Below, one piece after another: positions 1 through 8,784 of a DNA stretch of 28,965 nt. Numbering within the stretch: the first letter of the stretch is position 1; every line of letters begins with the position of its first letter. Under the pieces are notes generated by a model that did no database searches, was not told where the DNA came from, and worked only from the letters and a program-made list of their open reading frames with translations. Origin of the DNA: a virus (Duplodnaviria; Caudoviricetes); IMG/VR virus record IMGVR_UViG_3300023314_000083, positions 1-28,965 of that record. One strand, given 5' to 3'. Position numbers and translations under genes: made by a program.

Positions 1-1317
1 TCAGGCGGCCTTACGCAGCTTGTCGAAGGCCCCGATAGTAGAGGCGTGGCGCTGCTTCTCGCGGGCCTTCGCATAGCGGCGGGTGCTTTGCAGGCTGGAG
101 TGGCCGAGCCCGTCCTGAACTTCCACTATGCTGGCGTCACCGTCCAGCAGCAGGGTGGCGAACGTGTGGCGGGCAAGGTGGCAGGTAATGAACTCATGTA
201 TTGGGCCGCGCCGGGTGTGCTGCTTGCCGCCGTAGTTTCGAACCTCGCTTATCTGCCGGTTCAGGCCCGCTACCTGGGCCGCCTCTTTGATAAGGTCGTT
301 CATTTGGGTATTGCTCTGCACCGGCAGTTCGCCGTTGTAGCGTTGCCAGATTTCGTAAGCAAGCGGGTCAAGAGCCACTTTAACTTTTGTTTTCTTGCGG
401 CCCTTGAACTGGGTGTATTCTAAGACAGGCTGGCCGCGCACCACGCGCACATCGGAGGGGCGCAGGGCGGCGAGGTTGCCGTACCGGGGGCCAGTGAAAC
501 AGTTAAACACGAAACAGTCGCGGGCACGCTCCAGCTGCAGGCGCGGCATCTCGGCCTCGGCTAGTTGTAGCACCTCCTCAAATTCGAGGGGTTCAATGTC
601 GATTTCATACGTTAGCTCATCTTTGAGCCAAGCATAGGGCAGGCCGGAAAATTGGATAATCGTGCGCAGCCGCTTTATATAGGAGCCCACGGTATTGTTG
701 TCGAGTCCGAACTCACCGGGGGCACCTCGCCGGGGCACGTCGAGCAGTAGGAAGCTAATCCACTGCTCAACCAATTCCGAGCGCCCGGTTTTGCGGTCGG
801 GCATCATTTCCTCCAACCGGACGCCGGGGCGCAGTTGCTCCCAATAGGTAACCACCGGGTTCATCAGCTTCAGGTATTTGTCGGAACGCTGGCCGCGCAT
901 CTGCTTTTGCCAATGCGCCACCACCTGAGCCAGCGTGAGCGCAGGCTCGGCCTCGGGCTCAGGCTCGGGGGTAGGCTCGGGTGGTGCTTCGTCGCGGTAC
1001 TTCAGGTAATCCCCCAGCACCTGGCGCATCTGTGCGGCCGTGACTTTTTCACCGCGAGCGGCGGCTTGGTCGATGGTAGAGCCGGCCAGCGCGTCCAGCG
1101 CCTTGATTGCATTGTTGGCCGGGCTGCCCGTCGTGCCCTGCACCCGTTGCTTTTTCCACAGGTTGGGCCGGCAGGTGTGGCCGATGCTCAGGCGCACGGC
1201 GCAGGGGTCACCCTCCACGGCCGCGTCGTGCTTTGCCCAGCGCACCTCCATATAAATGGGGCGCGTCCCGTCGCCATAGGATTTAGAATGAAGGTAGAAG
1301 CGGGTGTGGGTCTGCAT
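1..1317 (-). CDS. int: Tyrosine recombinase / phage integrase
   Basis: Catalytic motifs TGPRY (R), K, HLARH (HxxR), LGH and RRY; N-terminal arm-binding-like segment (RFYL...GTRPIYMEVRW). Start taken as ATG 1317, 2 nt after the repressor stop. Confidence 0.93.
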   Translation of the reverse strand: MQTHTRFYLHSKSYGDGTRPIYMEVRWAKHDAAVEGDPCAVRLSIGHTCRPNLWKKQRVQGTTGSPANNAIKALDALAGSTIDQAAARGEKVTAAQMRQVLGDYLKYRDEAPPEPTPEPEPEAEPALTLAQVVAHWQKQMRGQRSDKYLKLMNPVVTYWEQLRPGVRLEEMMPDRKTGRSELVEQWISFLLLDVPRRGAPGEFGLDNNTVGSYIKRLRTIIQFSGLPYAWLKDELTYEIDIEPLEFEEVLQLAEAEMPRLQLERARDCFVFNCFTGPRYGNLAALRPSDVRVVRGQPVLEYTQFKGRKKTKVKVALDPLAYEIWQRYNGELPVQSNTQMNDLIKEAAQVAGLNRQISEVRNYGGKQHTRRGPIHEFITCHLARHTFATLLLDGDASIVEVQDGLGHSSLQSTRRYAKAREKQRHASTIGAFDKLRKAA

Positions 1318-1319
1318 AA

Positions 1320-2000
1320 TTATGCGGTAATCCGTTTGCGGTAGCGCCACATCTCCTGCACCTCACTGGGCATAATAACATCCGGTTTATAAGCGGGATT
1401 ATCGCTCTCGATTATTAAATACCCTCGCTTTCCTACTGCATTGGTAACGCGCTTCAGGCAAATCCCTTCCGAGGTCACCAGTACATAAGCTTCTCCATCC
1501 ACAATATCCTCAGGGCGTTCGATGTGCTCGCATATCACTAAGTCACCCGGCTCAAATGTTGGCGACATGCTGACACCCGAAACTTCGAAGGCTCGGTAAT
1601 CGCCACCATCTAAGCCAGGAATGGAGATAGTTTCGAGCATACCGAGGTAGTCGTCATCATTTAATCGCTGACGATATCCAGCCTCTGCTTTTTGCGGGAC
1701 TAATAAAATTTGCTTGCGGCCAAAGGCATCAGCAATAACATAGCGGGTAGGCATAGAAGAAAAAGATTCTTTCCCGTTGCGTTGCCCAGTGTTAAGATAC
1801 TCAACGGTGGTGTGGTAGAGTTTGGCTAATGCCTCTAACCTAGAGGGCTTTATGTGTATAGTATCGTTTTTCTCATACTTACTAAGCTGAGAATGACTTA
1901 TTTCAGTGTCAGTGCCTTTTAGTGCATCTTCCACAGAGCGCAGCGTGTGCTCTGCTGCCAAACGGGCCTGTTGCAGCCGGTCGCCTCGCCCTTTTGTCAT
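1320..2000 (-). CDS. cI: CI-like repressor (XRE HTH plus S24 autopeptidase)
   Basis: N-terminal HTH (ISHSQLSKYEKN); C-terminal AFEVSGVSMSPT (catalytic Ser), CLKR (Lys) and ESDNPAY. Confidence 0.92.
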   Translation of the reverse strand: MTKGRGDRLQQARLAAEHTLRSVEDALKGTDTEISHSQLSKYEKNDTIHIKPSRLEALAKLYHTTVEYLNTGQRNGKESFSSMPTRYVIADAFGRKQILLVPQKAEAGYRQRLNDDDYLGMLETISIPGLDGGDYRAFEVSGVSMSPTFEPGDLVICEHIERPEDIVDGEAYVLVTSEGICLKRVTNAVGKRGYLIIESDNPAYKPDVIMPSEVQEMWRYRKRITA

Positions 2001-2073
2001 AATAGAAAACTGATTGGTACAACACAAAGGAACGCACTTTAACACATTCTAACAAACTTTGCGTCAATCATTG

Positions 2074-2104
2074 TTGCTTTGCGTTGTTTTGCGTTGTATG
2101 TTTG
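2074..2104 (+). promoter_or_regulatory. Rightward early promoter (Bacteroidota -33/-7) overlapped by putative operator repeats
   Basis: TTG at 2074-2076, 20-nt spacer, TATGTTTG at 2097-2104 (TAnnTTTG); TTTGCGT repeats at 2058, 2078 and 2088. Confidence 0.65.
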
Positions 2105-2127
2105 TATTGTTCTAACACCCCAACCCC

Positions 2128-2319
2128 ATGAACCCACTTGATAAATCCCGGCCCGACCGCTCGTATCCAGTGCGAGCACAAGCACTACCAAAAGTGCAGC
2201 AAGCACTTAATATTGAGCAAGCAAACAGGCAAAAAGCCACCGGAAAGAAAGTGCCACTCATGAGCATTGTGGCCGATTTGTTGGAGAATGCAGCTGATGT
2301 CATTATAAAAAAGGGGTAG
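2128..2319 (+). CDS. Small Cro-position DNA-binding protein
   Basis: 63-aa basic ORF divergent from cI and first gene after the promoter. Confidence 0.65.
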   Translation: MNPLDKSRPDRSYPVRAQALPKVQQALNIEQANRQKATGKKVPLMSIVADLLENAADVIIKKG

Positions 2320-2329
2320 CCTTTTTTTT
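2307..2329 (+). terminator. Weak terminator-like element at the cro stop
   Basis: AAAAAAGG-GGTAG-CCTTTTTT with a T8 run. Confidence 0.35.
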
Positions 2330-2382
2330 GCCTACCTTGTATCGTTTTGGTTCCTTTTGGAGCAGAAAGTTTCCTTATTGCC

Positions 2383-2757
2383 ATGCAAACCGCCAACGTC
2401 CACGCTCTCACGGTTCAACTGCCCTTCGACCAAATTCTGAACGTGCATCTCACCGAGGCCGCCGCCGTGCGGGTGTGGACAGAGGTAGCCGTGGCGAAGG
2501 CCCAGGCGCAGGCAGCGGCTGAGGCAGAGCAAGCCGCGCTGATGCGCCGCTACCATACCAAGCCCGAGCGCACCCCCGGCCTCGACTACGACGACCGGCT
2601 TACGGTTCGCACTGGCCGGAGTCTCAAATACCTATACAAGTTTCTGGCGCTGCCTGAGAGCAAGGGGGGGCTTCGCAATGACAAGGGCAGCTACTACGTC
2701 GTCACCGAGCTGGCCGTGCGAGAGTGGCAGCGCGACATCAAAAAGGCGCGCAAGTGA
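2383..2757 (+). CDS. Putative excisionase-like winged-helix protein
   Basis: C-terminal LTVRTGRSLKYLYK...GGL...YVVTELAVREW resembles Xis/HTH_17; early operon position. Confidence 0.5.
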   Translation: MQTANVHALTVQLPFDQILNVHLTEAAAVRVWTEVAVAKAQAQAAAEAEQAALMRRYHTKPERTPGLDYDDRLTVRTGRSLKYLYKFLALPESKGGLRNDKGSYYVVTELAVREWQRDIKKARK

Positions 2758-2792
2758 GCCCTGCCGACTACTGAACCCAACCAAAACCCCAC

Positions 2793-2826
2793 AAAAAAGC
2801 CCGCCCCGGCTGCTACCGGGGCGGGC
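2793..2826 (-). terminator. Intrinsic terminator oriented for minus-strand (antisense) transcripts
   Basis: A6 at 2793-2798, then 11-bp stem GCCCGCCCCGG/CCGGGGCGGGC with a 6-nt loop. Confidence 0.55.
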
Positions 2827-2855
2827 GAATCTTCAACACTTACCCCGCAAAGATA

Positions 2856-3155
2856 ATGGGAAAAATCATCAACCTCCCCGCCGAGCTATCGCTGGCTGAC
2901 CTCCACACCCTGGCCGTGAGCCTGCGCCAAGAAGTGGCCGCCTTCACCCCTGCCCCGCCCCGGCTCCCAGTGCGCTACGCCACCGCCAGCCAGACCGAAG
3001 AAATCGGCCGCCTCGTGAAGCACCCGCGCATCAGCCGGCAGCACAAAACCCGTGTGCTGGTGAATATCCGCCGCCTGGACACGCAGGCCGCCGCCCTCTG
3101 CATTCGCACCCTGCACCAACTGATTGCCGGGGAAACTGACACCGTAGCCGCCTAG
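2856..3155 (+). CDS. Hypothetical phage early protein
   Basis: ATG ORF tightly packed in the early operon, GC3-rich codons. Confidence 0.7.
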   Translation: MGKIINLPAELSLADLHTLAVSLRQEVAAFTPAPPRLPVRYATASQTEEIGRLVKHPRISRQHKTRVLVNIRRLDTQAAALCIRTLHQLIAGETDTVAA

Positions 3156-3159
3156 TCAG

Positions 3160-3591
3160 ATGCACCGCTCCCAACCCACTGACCTACTGCCCAACGCCCT
3201 CGTGGGCGACTGTGCCGACGCGCTGACGTGGTGGCTGCAAAACCCGGTGCTGGTGTACCACTATCCCAACAAGATGGAGGCCACGGCCGCCATTTGGGAG
3301 GCCATGCCCAACGATGAGCGGATGCGCCTGCTGTGGCGTCTGCGCGAGAAGCGCGGTAAGGCTGTGTCGTCGAAAGCCCGCCCCGAGGGGCTGCCCACGA
3401 TGGAGCAGCGTGACCTCGTGCCGCTATACGACCGCATGCCAGACCTGAAAGAGCTGGTGAACGTCCGCTCCTTCGCTTTCCGCCTCACCTCCTGCGAGCT
3501 GCCTTGGCTGGCGAAGCGATTGGAGGCGGCCCTTGCTGCCCGTGACGCGCAGGCCGCCCAAACTGACGAAACGCTGCCACTGGCGGCCTAA
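3160..3591 (+). CDS. Hypothetical phage early protein
   Basis: Starts 4 nt after the previous stop; GC3-rich codons. Confidence 0.7.
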   Translation: MHRSQPTDLLPNALVGDCADALTWWLQNPVLVYHYPNKMEATAAIWEAMPNDERMRLLWRLREKRGKAVSSKARPEGLPTMEQRDLVPLYDRMPDLKELVNVRSFAFRLTSCELPWLAKRLEAALAARDAQAAQTDETLPLAA

Positions 3592-3622
3592 CCCATCACC
3601 GCCCCGCCGCGCTGGCGAACCC

Positions 3623-4678
3623 ATGAAGTCGCAACTCATTCAACTAGATTTCTTCCAGCCCTACACGCCCCCGCCCCCAGCTATCCGGCTGGGGGCCGAG
3701 GCGCTGAATAGCTACGAACGCATTGTGGTGGCGTTCAGCGGCGGCAAGGATAGCATTGCCTGCTTTCTGGACTTGCTCGAATGCGGGGCCGACCGCTCCA
3801 AAATAGAGCTGTGGCACCACCGCGTCGATGGCTGGGACGGTGACCTGATGGACTGGCCCTGCACCAACGCCTACTGTGAAGCATTTGCCGCAGCCTTCGG
3901 GGTGCCGCTGTACTTCACTTGGAAAGAAGGTGGCTTTGAGGGCGAGATGCTGCGCGAGAACAGCCGCACCCGCCCTATCAGCTTTCAGGCCCCGCAGCCC
4001 GATGGTTCGGTGAAGGTGGTTACGACGGGCGGCACCGGGGGGAAAGAGTCCACGCGGCTAGCATTTCCCCAGGTGTCGGCCGACCTATCGGTGCGCTGGT
4101 GTTCGGCTTACCTCAAAATCGACAACGCCCGCACGGCCCTGCGCAATCAGGAACGCTTCAACCACTCACGCACCCTGTTCCTGAGCGGCGAGCGAGCCGA
4201 GGAAAGCCCCGGCCGCGCCGGCTACGCCACGTTTGAGCCCGACGACGCCGACCTGCGCCACAGCCCGAAGCTGGCCCGGCACATCGACCGTTATCGCCCG
4301 GTGCATCGGTTTAGCGAGGTCGAGGTGTGGGCTATCGTGGAGCGGTGGCGCATCAACCCGCACCCTTCTTATCGGCTGGGCTGGAGCCGCTGCTCGTGCG
4401 CGAACTGCCTCTTCAATGGGGCCGATGAGTTTGCCAGCATTCGGCAAATAGCGCCCCGCAAATTCGGGCGCGTCGATGGCTACGAAAAGCAGTTTGGCCG
4501 CACCATCAAGCGCGACATCAGCTTGTCGGCCCTGGCCGACAAGGGCAAGCCCTTCGACATGAAACCGGCCGACGTGGCCGCCGCCCTGGCGGAAACGTGG
4601 GCCGAGCCCATCATTCTGGAGCCCGGCCAGTGGGCTATGCCCGCCGGGGCCTTTGCGAAAGGAGGCGGCCCGACATGA
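3623..4678 (+). CDS. PAPS-reductase-family (PP-loop) protein
   Basis: VAFSGGKDS PP-loop, RWCSAYLK, GERAEESPGRA, HPSYRLGWSRCSCANC. Confidence 0.85.
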   Translation: MKSQLIQLDFFQPYTPPPPAIRLGAEALNSYERIVVAFSGGKDSIACFLDLLECGADRSKIELWHHRVDGWDGDLMDWPCTNAYCEAFAAAFGVPLYFTWKEGGFEGEMLRENSRTRPISFQAPQPDGSVKVVTTGGTGGKESTRLAFPQVSADLSVRWCSAYLKIDNARTALRNQERFNHSRTLFLSGERAEESPGRAGYATFEPDDADLRHSPKLARHIDRYRPVHRFSEVEVWAIVERWRINPHPSYRLGWSRCSCANCLFNGADEFASIRQIAPRKFGRVDGYEKQFGRTIKRDISLSALADKGKPFDMKPADVAAALAETWAEPIILEPGQWAMPAGAFAKGGGPT

Positions 4679-5220
4679 GCCCAGAGGCCCCGCCGCTGGC
4701 CGCTCGGGAGTGGGCACTTCCGGCGGCCAGCACAGTGGCCCGCAAGCAAAAGCTGGGCCTCTGTGTCCGCTACGGCTGCCTCGCCAAGCGAGGGGCCAAA
4801 AAGCAATACTGCTGCAAGCATCACCACCAAGCACTAAAACGCCGTGACCCCATCAGTTATATCTACTCCCAGCGGAAGCAACGGGCAAAAGCGCGGGGCC
4901 ACGCCTGGACGCTCACGCTCGACAACTTCCGCGACTGGTGCCACTTCACCGGCTACCACGAAAAAACGGGCCGCACGGCCGAAAGCGCCAGCATCGACCG
5001 CAAAATCAACGCCCACGGCTACCACGTCTGGAATATCCGGTGCATCCCCTACGGGGCCAACGCTGCCAAGTACACCCACGCAGGTGGTGGTAGCTGGGCC
5101 GTCGGTGACGACGGAGCCCACCACTACACCCCCGCCAGCGACGCCGACGCCGCCTACTACGCTGCTGCCGAGGCCCGCGCCCCAGCCTACGAGTTCCACC
5201 ACGAGCCCGCCCCGTTCTGA
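4675..5220 (+). CDS. HNH/His-Me-finger-like endonuclease with N-terminal Cys cluster
   Basis: SIDRKINAHGYHVWNIRCIPYGANAAK matches the SIDRID..GY...N......N..K pattern; ATGA overlap with the upstream gene. Confidence 0.7.
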   Translation: MSPEAPPLAAREWALPAASTVARKQKLGLCVRYGCLAKRGAKKQYCCKHHHQALKRRDPISYIYSQRKQRAKARGHAWTLTLDNFRDWCHFTGYHEKTGRTAESASIDRKINAHGYHVWNIRCIPYGANAAKYTHAGGGSWAVGDDGAHHYTPASDADAAYYAAAEARAPAYEFHHEPAPF

Positions 5221-5224
5221 GTGG

Positions 5225-5977
5225 GTGCCGCTGACGCAGGAAGAACTCACGCGGCGGGAAGGCATGTGGCGGGCCAGCGCCGTGGCCTGTTTGCCCCACA
5301 TGAGCCCCGAGGGGCAGCGGCGGGCGCTGGCCGAGTGGAAGAAACTCGGCTTTGCTCCTGCCCTGCCGGCCCCGATGGTGCCCACCGGCTCACCTGATGG
5401 GGCGGGCCTGCTCGGTGACTTCACGGTGCTGGACCTCGAATTTCAGCCCCCGGCCATCCTGCTGGAGCTGGCCGCCGTGCGCTTCGTGAACTGGAAGCCG
5501 GTCGGCCAGGTGGTGCGCTTCGTGCGGCAGCGCGGGCCGATTAACAGTAAGGTGTCTCAGCTGACGGGCATCACCTTGGCCGACGTGTACAACGCCCCCG
5601 AGGCCAAGCAGGTGCTGCAGGAGTTCCGCGAGCTGTGCGGCGACTCGGTATTGGTGTGCCACAACATCAACGCTGACCGGCGGGTGCTGGAGGCCACGCG
5701 CACCCTGCTGGGGGCCAAGGAGCCGCTGTCCAACCGTTGGCTCTGCACGCTGGCCCTGGCAAAGCGCCGGCTGCCCAAGGGCACCAAGTGCGGCCTGGGT
5801 GAGCTATGCACCGCGTTCAGCATCCCGTCGGGCGGGGCACACCGCGCCCTGCGCGACGTGCAAATGTGCTACGAGGTGCTGCGCCACCTGCATTTGCAGC
5901 AGCCCGTCACCGAACTCATCACCAGCACCGCCCAGCCCGCCGCTGGCACGGGCCTGCTATTCGCCGCTGCTGCATGA
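5225..5977 (+). CDS. DEDDh 3'-5' exonuclease (DnaQ-like)
   Basis: ExoI LDLEF, ExoII CHNINAD, ExoIII HRALRD; start uncertain, GTG 5225 chosen. Confidence 0.85.
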   Translation: MPLTQEELTRREGMWRASAVACLPHMSPEGQRRALAEWKKLGFAPALPAPMVPTGSPDGAGLLGDFTVLDLEFQPPAILLELAAVRFVNWKPVGQVVRFVRQRGPINSKVSQLTGITLADVYNAPEAKQVLQEFRELCGDSVLVCHNINADRRVLEATRTLLGAKEPLSNRWLCTLALAKRRLPKGTKCGLGELCTAFSIPSGGAHRALRDVQMCYEVLRHLHLQQPVTELITSTAQPAAGTGLLFAAAA

Positions 5978-6399
5978 ACCCCACGAAACTCACACCCGGC
6001 GAAATCGGGCTCTCGCTCTCTGCTGAGGTGCTGCGCATCAAGTGCCCGCCCGCGCATCGGTTGGTGTTGGCTGAAATCATTTCTCTATATGCCGCTAATA
6101 GCTGCTGTGACGCCTCAGACCGTCACTTCTCCGACCGTCTTACCATCTCTAAAGACACGGCCAGCGTGGCGGTGCAGTGGCTCGAAGACGAGGGCCTAGT
6201 AGTGAAGGTCACCACCCGCCTCGCGCACGGCTTGTACCGGACCCTTACCCCCGTGCCGGCTGCCATCGCGGCAAAAGCAGCCGCCAACCCCTACCCGGAA
6301 AATCCGGGTACCTACCGGCAAAATCCGGGTACCAAGCCGGAAAATCCGGGTACCCCCACCCGGAATTTCCGGGTACCCCTACCCGGAAAATGCCGGTAG
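5974..6399 (+). CDS. Replication initiator, N-terminal winged-HTH part
   Basis: ASDRHFSDRLTISKDTASVAVQWLEDEGLV wHTH followed by PENPGT repeats encoded by the iterons. Confidence 0.75.
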   Translation: MNPTKLTPGEIGLSLSAEVLRIKCPPAHRLVLAEIISLYAANSCCDASDRHFSDRLTISKDTASVAVQWLEDEGLVVKVTTRLAHGLYRTLTPVPAAIAAKAAANPYPENPGTYRQNPGTKPENPGTPTRNFRVPLPGKCR

Positions 6400-6419
6400 G
6401 GGTACCCGGAAATTCCGGG
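6295..6419. repeat. Iteron array / probable phage replication origin
   Basis: Six CCGGAAAATCCGGGTACC-like units spaced about 21,21,23,23,23 nt; includes a perfect 25-bp inverted repeat at 6359-6383 / 6395-6419. Confidence 0.8.
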
Positions 6420-7016
6420 AGTAATATTCCAGAACAATCTCCATCTACTTTCCAGATAGTTTCCAATGAGTCATTGGCGGGGGACGAAAAAAAAATGGAG
6501 GCTGATTTTTCGGCTGACGAGGTGCTGACAGTGGAGGCGGAAGAAGTCGAAACCGCGTCCCCTTCCGCCTTCGCTATCGACCCAGCCCCGACCAAAGAAA
6601 AAGTTGCGCCAAAAAGAAAGGGCAGCCACGGCGAGGCCCTGCGCGAAGGAGCCCGCACCACGACGGCCGGCAAGGGCAGCAAGCGCGGCAGCAAGCCGGA
6701 AATCACCTTCGCTGAGTCCGACCTATTCGATTTCGGCGTGTTCACCGCCGCTTTCGAGGGTACTGACTTCGCCTTGGCCGACCTGCACTACTACCACGAA
6801 AAAGTCAAGGCTTGGCGGGACCGCAAAACCGGGGAGGAACCCCGGCGCAGGGACTGGCTCGCCACCGCTAAACAATTCTTTTTAAACGATTCCCATGACA
6901 ACCGCCTCAAAATTGCCCCAGGTACCCAACACGCCCACCAGCACGGCGCTGGAGGTAGCGGCCCCGAGTCTGGAGGCGCAGCTACTGGCTACCGTTCAAG
7001 CCGCTACAGTCAGTAG
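6390..7016 (+). CDS. Replication initiator, C-terminal part (different frame from 5974-6399)
   Basis: Acidic linker, then DLHYYHEKVKAW...RRRDWLATAKQF resembling initiator C-terminal domains; start ATG 6390 or 6496. Confidence 0.65.
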   Translation: MPVGVPGNSGSNIPEQSPSTFQIVSNESLAGDEKKMEADFSADEVLTVEAEEVETASPSAFAIDPAPTKEKVAPKRKGSHGEALREGARTTTAGKGSKRGSKPEITFAESDLFDFGVFTAAFEGTDFALADLHYYHEKVKAWRDRKTGEEPRRRDWLATAKQFFLNDSHDNRLKIAPGTQHAHQHGAGGSGPESGGAATGYRSSRYSQ

Positions 7017-7758
7017 CTTAGCCCGGCAGCCGGTGACGGACGATACCCGCATGATGCTTGTGGAGATGGGCGTGGGCCTGAGCGTCGCCACGGCCGCCGC
7101 CGCCCCGAAGCTGCACCAGATTGCCCGCACCCAGGGCGAGGGGACGCTGCTCAAGCTGCTGCTCGTGGTGCTGCGGGCCTTCATCGACTCGGTAAAGGTG
7201 CCCACCAAGCCCGACGGCCCCGACCTGCTGGAGCTGGCCGAGGACTTGGCCGCCACCTACACCCACGACAGCCTCAAGGACATTGTATTGGCGCTGAAGG
7301 AGGCCCGCATGAACGGCACCAAGTTTTACCAAGCCCTCGACACGTCCAAAATCAAGGCCCTCATCATTGCCTATTTCGAGCGCAAGGCGGAATGGCTGGA
7401 AAACCGCCACCTGGACCGCAAGGCCGTGGGCAGCGGCCAGGAGGCGGCCTCGGTGCGCCTACTCGGTGACGCGGCCCCGAAGATGCTGGAAAACGTGGCG
7501 CTACGGATTCCGAAGGACCACCCCAATGCCGAGGCCCTGCGCGACAAGCTGCGCATCACCAAGGGCAAGGAAGACCGGGGCCTTATCACCCCAGAACAGG
7601 CCGAGCAGCAGCGGGCCGAGGTGCGCAAGGTCACGACGCGGAAAGAGCGCAAGGACTGGAAGCCCAGCACCGACCCCGCCCGCGCCGCCCACAATGTGAA
7701 CGCCTACCGCCGTGAGAACGGCTCCATTACCCAACAATTCACACCCCGCGACCAATGA
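6895..7758 (+). CDS. Replication accessory protein (lambda P-position, putative helicase loader/inhibitor)
   Basis: Directly follows and overlaps the initiator; helical protein; function inferred from position only; start uncertain. Confidence 0.55.
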   Translation: MTTASKLPQVPNTPTSTALEVAAPSLEAQLLATVQAATVSSLARQPVTDDTRMMLVEMGVGLSVATAAAAPKLHQIARTQGEGTLLKLLLVVLRAFIDSVKVPTKPDGPDLLELAEDLAATYTHDSLKDIVLALKEARMNGTKFYQALDTSKIKALIIAYFERKAEWLENRHLDRKAVGSGQEAASVRLLGDAAPKMLENVALRIPKDHPNAEALRDKLRITKGKEDRGLITPEQAEQQRAEVRKVTTRKERKDWKPSTDPARAAHNVNAYRRENGSITQQFTPRDQ

Positions 7759-8072
7759 GCCATAATCCATACAACCACCTGCAAGACCCGGCAGATGATG
7801 CACCAGACCCTTGCGAGGTGTGCGGCGGCAATTACGAGGGCGTGGAGTGCGCCACCCTTTGCGACGGCTGCGAAGGCTGCCAGGTGACGGGTGCAGCCTG
7901 CCACGAATGTACCTGCCCACAGATTCCGCCCCCTCTGAGCGAAGACGAAGGCTGCTGGCATTGTCGAAAAGAATCAGGCCGGTGCTGCTGCCCAGGTGGG
8001 CCGCTCACTGTCCCCCAAGCCTACGCGCTTTTTCTGCAGCGGCGCGGCAACGATAACGACCCGCCCTTCTGA
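7755..8072 (+). CDS. Cys-rich small protein
   Basis: 14 Cys in 105 aa; start and stop overlap both neighbours. Confidence 0.65.
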   Translation: MSHNPYNHLQDPADDAPDPCEVCGGNYEGVECATLCDGCEGCQVTGAACHECTCPQIPPPLSEDEGCWHCRKESGRCCCPGGPLTVPQAYALFLQRRGNDNDPPF

Positions 8073-8368
8073 TGCTCCGCACTGTCTCCCGTGTGGATGC
8101 CAACCAGCCGGCCATCGTGAAAGCCCTTCGGGGTATTGGGGCCTCGGTGCTGCATCTACACCAGCTTAAAAATTGCTTCGACCTGCTCGTGGGCTACCGG
8201 GGCCGCACCTTCCTGATGGAAGTGAAAGACCCAGCCCAGCCGCCCAGCAAGCGGCAGCTCACCGAGGGCGAGGCCGAGTTTCAGCGCGATTGGCGGGGCT
8301 CCACTTACCACATCGTTCACACACCCGACGAGGCTATACGCATCGTCACAACCCCAGAAACCAAATGA
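8072..8368 (+). CDS. PD-(D/E)XK nuclease (VRR-NUC / resolvase-like)
   Basis: RVDANQ..IV..LR..GA, FDLLVGYRG, LMEVKD, LTEGEAEF. Confidence 0.8.
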   Translation: MLRTVSRVDANQPAIVKALRGIGASVLHLHQLKNCFDLLVGYRGRTFLMEVKDPAQPPSKRQLTEGEAEFQRDWRGSTYHIVHTPDEAIRIVTTPETK

Positions 8369-8670
8369 ATTTCTTCAAAATCCGCCAGAAGAATACAGGC
8401 CTGTTTTTCATCGGCGGCTCGGGCACGGGCTTCAACGAAAACGGGGAACGCTACCACACCGCCACGCCCTGCACGGCGGCGCTCAACCGCATCGAACGGC
8501 AACGCCCGAGGGAGTTGGAATGGCTCGGCACCCGGGCGGAACGAGCGTCCCGTGGCAACGCTGAGTGGTGGGACACCAACAAGGCCCGCATCGACAACCT
8601 GCACCCCGACAACCTGGAGGTGGTCGAATACCAGGAGGTCGAAGTGCGGGTAGTGCCCCGCAAGCCATGA
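8365..8670 (+). CDS. Hypothetical phage protein
   Basis: ATGA overlaps at both ends; begins MNFFKIRQKNTGLF. Confidence 0.7.
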   Translation: MNFFKIRQKNTGLFFIGGSGTGFNENGERYHTATPCTAALNRIERQRPRELEWLGTRAERASRGNAEWWDTNKARIDNLHPDNLEVVEYQEVEVRVVPRKP

Positions 8671-8771
8671 ACCTGCCCCGCTGCTGGCGCTGTGGGCATG
8701 CTTACCACCCGCTGCTCTTCGAGGGTGTGCGCTTGGTGAAATGCCCAGACTGCCGCGCTCTACTGCTTTAA
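8667..8771 (+). CDS. 34-aa zinc-ribbon protein, Com-like
   Basis: MNLPRCWRC...VKCPDCR; ATGA-coupled to the upstream gene. Confidence 0.55.
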   Translation: MNLPRCWRCGHAYHPLLFEGVRLVKCPDCRALLL

Positions 8772-8784
8772 CCCCACCTGTCAA

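Noticed and set aside
4844-5224. Long Thr/Pro-rich N-terminal extension of the exonuclease ORF
   Set aside because: It is a shadow frame of the overlapping HNH gene; the real start is probably near 5225.
6295-6419. Possible mini CRISPR array
   Set aside because: Units are nearly contiguous with no unique spacers, lie in an initiator gene, and no cas genes are present; iterons fit better.
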